DNA of 64,000 nucleotides from a bacterium (GTDB lineage Bacteria; DRYD01): NCBI GenBank assembly GCA_039630415.1, contig JBCNVB010000013.1, positions 64,001 to 128,000 of the forward strand, read 5' to 3'. Shown piece by piece: positions 60,875 to 64,000 of this stretch (position 1 is its first letter; each line of letters starts with the position of its first letter). The notes under the pieces were generated by a model. It saw only the letters and a program-made list of their open reading frames with translations, ran no database searches and was not told where the DNA came from. The position numbers and the translations under genes were made by a program.

Positions 60875-62920
60875 CTATATTTCAAACTTTTGGATATCTT
60901 GTATGCCAACGGTATAAGTTCTTCCATTAACTTCTACGGTTACTTTATTACCTTTTATCTTTACTACTCTTCCAACTTGGTCAAAAACTCTTATTTTCAC
61001 GAAATCGTTTACATTAAGAGTTTCTGTGGTTTGATTTTCTTCAACGTAGGACAAATGATCTGCTAGGTCGAAGTTTTTCAAAGATTCTAGTTTTTTTTCA
61101 AATTTGTGGATATTTTTTGTTTTTAGCTTTTGTAATTCTTCTTCCCACTTTGAGATTAAATTTTTTATCTGTACAGAGTATTGATTGTATAGTTTGTGAT
61201 AAATTTCATCTCTTATTTTTTGCTTTAGGTTATTTTTTAGTCTTTCTAGATTTTGTTTTTCTTGTTCTAGCTGGTATATTAACTGATCTAGTTGTTTTTG
61301 TTTTTGTTGAACATTTTGATAGTCATTTAGGAGGTTGTGGGAAATTTTTTCGAGTTTAGCATGATATTCCTCGGAAGAAAAGTAATGTTGCAGTTCTTGG
61401 ATTTTGTTAAGTATTTCTTCGGGGAAGTCTTTTAGTAAATTGAGGGGTAGGGATGGTAAAAGTATGCCATATATCAGTTTGTATTCGCTTATATTTTTTT
61501 CGAAGTTATATGCTACTGAGCAGCATGTGATTTTGTCATAGAAATAATTTTTAACATGATTATAGTGTGTGGAAAAGACAACGTAAGCTCCTTTGTTGAG
61601 AATATATTCTATGATGGATATGGATATTAAACTGGCTTGGATAGGGTCTGTACCTGAAGCAGGTTCATCCATGATAACTAGGGTGTTAGAATCTAAATTA
61701 CGTATTATTTCTTGCCAGTATTTAACGTGACCTGAAAAAGTACTAAGATTTTCCTGTATGCTTTGCGGATCGGTAACATCATAAAAAACTTTAAGTACAG
61801 GAAGATTAGCTTTTGTACAAAACACTGGTAACCCTATATTGGACAATAGAAAGCAAATAGTGATTGATTTAAGTGCAACACTTTTACCACCATTATTTGG
61901 ACCAACTATCATCAAACCTCTTTCAAACTTAACATCTATTGGAACACAATTTTCTATTAGTGGATTTATCAAATTTTCTATATCCACTATTCTTGTGTTA
62001 TGATTAGGTAAGCAAAAAGTTTGGCAAATGCTAAAATAAGCGTTGAAGAATTCTAGGAAACTACAGACTTTTAAAACTTGCGAAATATTTCTCAGGTTTT
62101 CACATATTTTTTGATAGAGATGATTAAGTATTTTTTGTATTTCTATGTTTTCAAGTGAACGAAGAAACAAAAGTCTGTTGTTATAACTTATTATTGAGCT
62201 TGGTTCAAAGAAAGCGGTTTTGTGAGTCCACGAGTAATCCTGTATTATTCCCTCAAACATACTTACATATTGTGAGTTAACACAAATAACAAATCTACCA
62301 GAACGATAACTTACCTCGTTTGAAACTAAGTATTTTGAGTTTTGTCTTATGAAATCTGTTAATTTTTGGGGTATGATTTTGCTTAATGAAGAAATTTCGT
62401 GCCTTATTTTTTTTAACTCTGGAGTACTATCGTCTTTGATATTACCGTTTGAGTCTATAAAATAATCGATTAAGCTTAGAAGTTCTTTCATATTTGGCGT
62501 TGATGTTACAAAACTATATATTTTTGAATACTCCTTTTTATTTTTCAAGTATTCATTGAATTTCTTTTTAAAGTTTACGAATGAACTCAGAAAATCACCG
62601 ATTTTTAGAATAATTTTTGAGTCAAAGATTGAATATGTAGGAGTTATATCAAAGTGTATGTTGTATAAGTCTTCAGAGTCTTGTATTTGGATAGAAAAGA
62701 TTTTGCAAATATCTTGATCTACGAATCTTGTATGTACTTTGTTTAGGTATTCTCTGTCTTTTAAAAGGGTATAGTACTGGAAAGATATTTCTTTTAGGTT
62801 GGTTATGGGCCTTTGGTGATGTAGTTTAGTAAATATATATTCTAGAACTGGTTTTGCAAGTGAAGATGATTTATGATCAATTAGCTCTTTTATTTGGTCT
62901 ATTTCTTTAAGATTTATCAC
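60875..62920 (-). CDS. mutS2: MutS2 family ATPase with a coiled coil and KOW, lacking Smr
   Basis: GRFVICV, GPNNGGKS, QSIQENLSTFSGH, DEPASGTDP, STHY; ends with KOW VGRVVKIKGNKVTVEV. Confidence 0.85.
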   Translation of the reverse strand: MINLKEIDQIKELIDHKSSSLAKPVLEYIFTKLHHQRPITNLKEISFQYYTLLKDREYLNKVHTRFVDQDICKIFSIQIQDSEDLYNIHFDITPTYSIFDSKIILKIGDFLSSFVNFKKKFNEYLKNKKEYSKIYSFVTSTPNMKELLSLIDYFIDSNGNIKDDSTPELKKIRHEISSLSKIIPQKLTDFIRQNSKYLVSNEVSYRSGRFVICVNSQYVSMFEGIIQDYSWTHKTAFFEPSSIISYNNRLLFLRSLENIEIQKILNHLYQKICENLRNISQVLKVCSFLEFFNAYFSICQTFCLPNHNTRIVDIENLINPLIENCVPIDVKFERGLMIVGPNNGGKSVALKSITICFLLSNIGLPVFCTKANLPVLKVFYDVTDPQSIQENLSTFSGHVKYWQEIIRNLDSNTLVIMDEPASGTDPIQASLISISIIEYILNKGAYVVFSTHYNHVKNYFYDKITCCSVAYNFEKNISEYKLIYGILLPSLPLNLLKDFPEEILNKIQELQHYFSSEEYHAKLEKISHNLLNDYQNVQQKQKQLDQLIYQLEQEKQNLERLKNNLKQKIRDEIYHKLYNQYSVQIKNLISKWEEELQKLKTKNIHKFEKKLESLKNFDLADHLSYVEENQTTETLNVNDFVKIRVFDQVGRVVKIKGNKVTVEVNGRTYTVGIQDIQKFEI

Positions 62921-62937
62921 TTTTTATGCTAGAGATT

Positions 62938-63912
62938 CTACAATTCTTCAATGCTGTATACCTTTTCGCTTATTGATTTATCAAATCCTTTTCTTATCAG
63001 ATTTGATAATATTTTGTTTGGCATTAGTTCTAAGAATATGTTGGAGGGGTATTTTTGATTGATTTTTTCGATTGTAAGAATCCAATTTACGGGATTTATC
63101 ATTTGGTTTTTCATTTCTTGTTTTATTTGGTTTGGGTCAGTGAGATTTTGGGAGTTTATGTATAATTCCAACTTTGGGGAATTGAAGTTTACCTGGTCGA
63201 TATGTTTGGAGAGATAGTTATTAGCTTCTTGCATCATGTAGCTGTGGAATGCTCCTGATACTTTCAGAGGCAAAATTTTGATCGTCGGTATTTGTAACTT
63301 TATTTCTTTTTTTAGTTCTTCTGATTTTTCTACTGGACATGAGATTATGAGTTGGCTATAAGAATTGTAGTTTGCTATTGTTGAGTTATAGTTTTGTACT
63401 ATAGTTTGAAGTTTTTGAATTGTTTGTGGGTTAAAGTTATCTATGACTGCAAACATTGTTCCCTCTTTTGAATAGTTGTGCATAAAGTATCCTCTTTTTA
63501 CTACTAAATCTATACCTTGGTCTAATGTAAGTGATTGTGAGCATACTAGTGCTGAGTATTCCCCTAGACTATGTCCTGCTAGACAACTTATCTTATCACC
63601 AAGTATGTCTTTTATACATTCAAAGCATGATACTGAAACTGAAAAAATCAGTATCTGGCTATACAATGTGATGTTTATCTTTGATTCATCCTCTAGTAAA
63701 GATATTAGGTCGGTATCTATGTAGTCTTTGTATTGTGATTTTATTTTTTGATTGATATAGTCGAAAGTTTTTCTGTATATTGGGAACTGGTTGTACCAAT
63801 CCATTCCCATGGATTTATACTGGCTGGCTTGACCTGGAAAAAGTAGATTTATTTTTGTATTTTCAGTTATTTGCTTTATTTTGATTAGTTTATTTTCCAA
63901 CTGTTGTAGCAT
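62938..63912 (-). CDS. fabD: Malonyl-CoA:ACP transacylase
   Basis: LFPGQASQ, AGHSLGEY, ANYNS..QLIIS, LKVSGAFHS. Confidence 0.93.
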   Translation of the reverse strand: MLQQLENKLIKIKQITENTKINLLFPGQASQYKSMGMDWYNQFPIYRKTFDYINQKIKSQYKDYIDTDLISLLEDESKINITLYSQILIFSVSVSCFECIKDILGDKISCLAGHSLGEYSALVCSQSLTLDQGIDLVVKRGYFMHNYSKEGTMFAVIDNFNPQTIQKLQTIVQNYNSTIANYNSYSQLIISCPVEKSEELKKEIKLQIPTIKILPLKVSGAFHSYMMQEANNYLSKHIDQVNFNSPKLELYINSQNLTDPNQIKQEMKNQMINPVNWILTIEKINQKYPSNIFLELMPNKILSNLIRKGFDKSISEKVYSIEEL

Positions 63913-63951
63913 ATTTATATTATTCTTTTGGCTTTGAATTGAACCCTTTCA

Positions 63952-63990
63952 TTAACAAAATTTTTACATTTATTTAAACCAAAATTAACA
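63952..63990 (+). promoter_or_regulatory. Four-hexamer direct-repeat box followed by an RBS for a gene beyond the window
   Basis: TTAACA 63952, TTTACA 63963, TTAAAC 63974, TTAACA 63985 (exact 11-bp period), then TTTAGGAGAA. Confidence 0.7.
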
Positions 63991-64000
63991 TTTAGGAGAA

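Overview
A gene-dense, very AT-rich bacterial chromosomal window made mostly of housekeeping genes: sdhB, argS, rpsR, glmS, sodA, recR, trmI, glyQ, tRNA-Tyr, dapB, minCDE, lgt, leuB, lptB, valS, clpX, hpf, secA, hutH, galT, ymdB, mutS2 and fabD. The mix of LPS-related genes (lptB, gmhB) with Terrabacteria-type genes and trmI suggests a diderm, possibly thermophilic, deep-branching lineage (inference). I found no CRISPR array, integrase, transposase or rRNA. The main unexplained signal is a 17-bp direct-repeat box, TT(T/A)ACA-N5(T-rich)-TT(T/A/C)ACA, with an 11-bp period and WalR/PhoP-like geometry. It occurs at seven intergenic sites, six of them directly upstream of orphan genes that lack signal peptides and the seventh upstream of a gene beyond the window. 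The orphans are a four-copy M4/M36-like HExxH metallopeptidase array, a beta-helix protein plus a partner carrying one matching coil, a glycine-zipper protein followed by its decayed paralog, a translocator/pore-like coiled-coil + TM protein, and a gene leading a lipoprotein pair. This looks like a dispersed, co-regulated, effector-like arsenal (hypothesis). Other oddities are a split glmS, an unannotated 51-aa YabR-tail ORF after a divIC-like gene, an ArgRS with HIGH changed to NAVN, and several proteins lacking their usual accessory domains.
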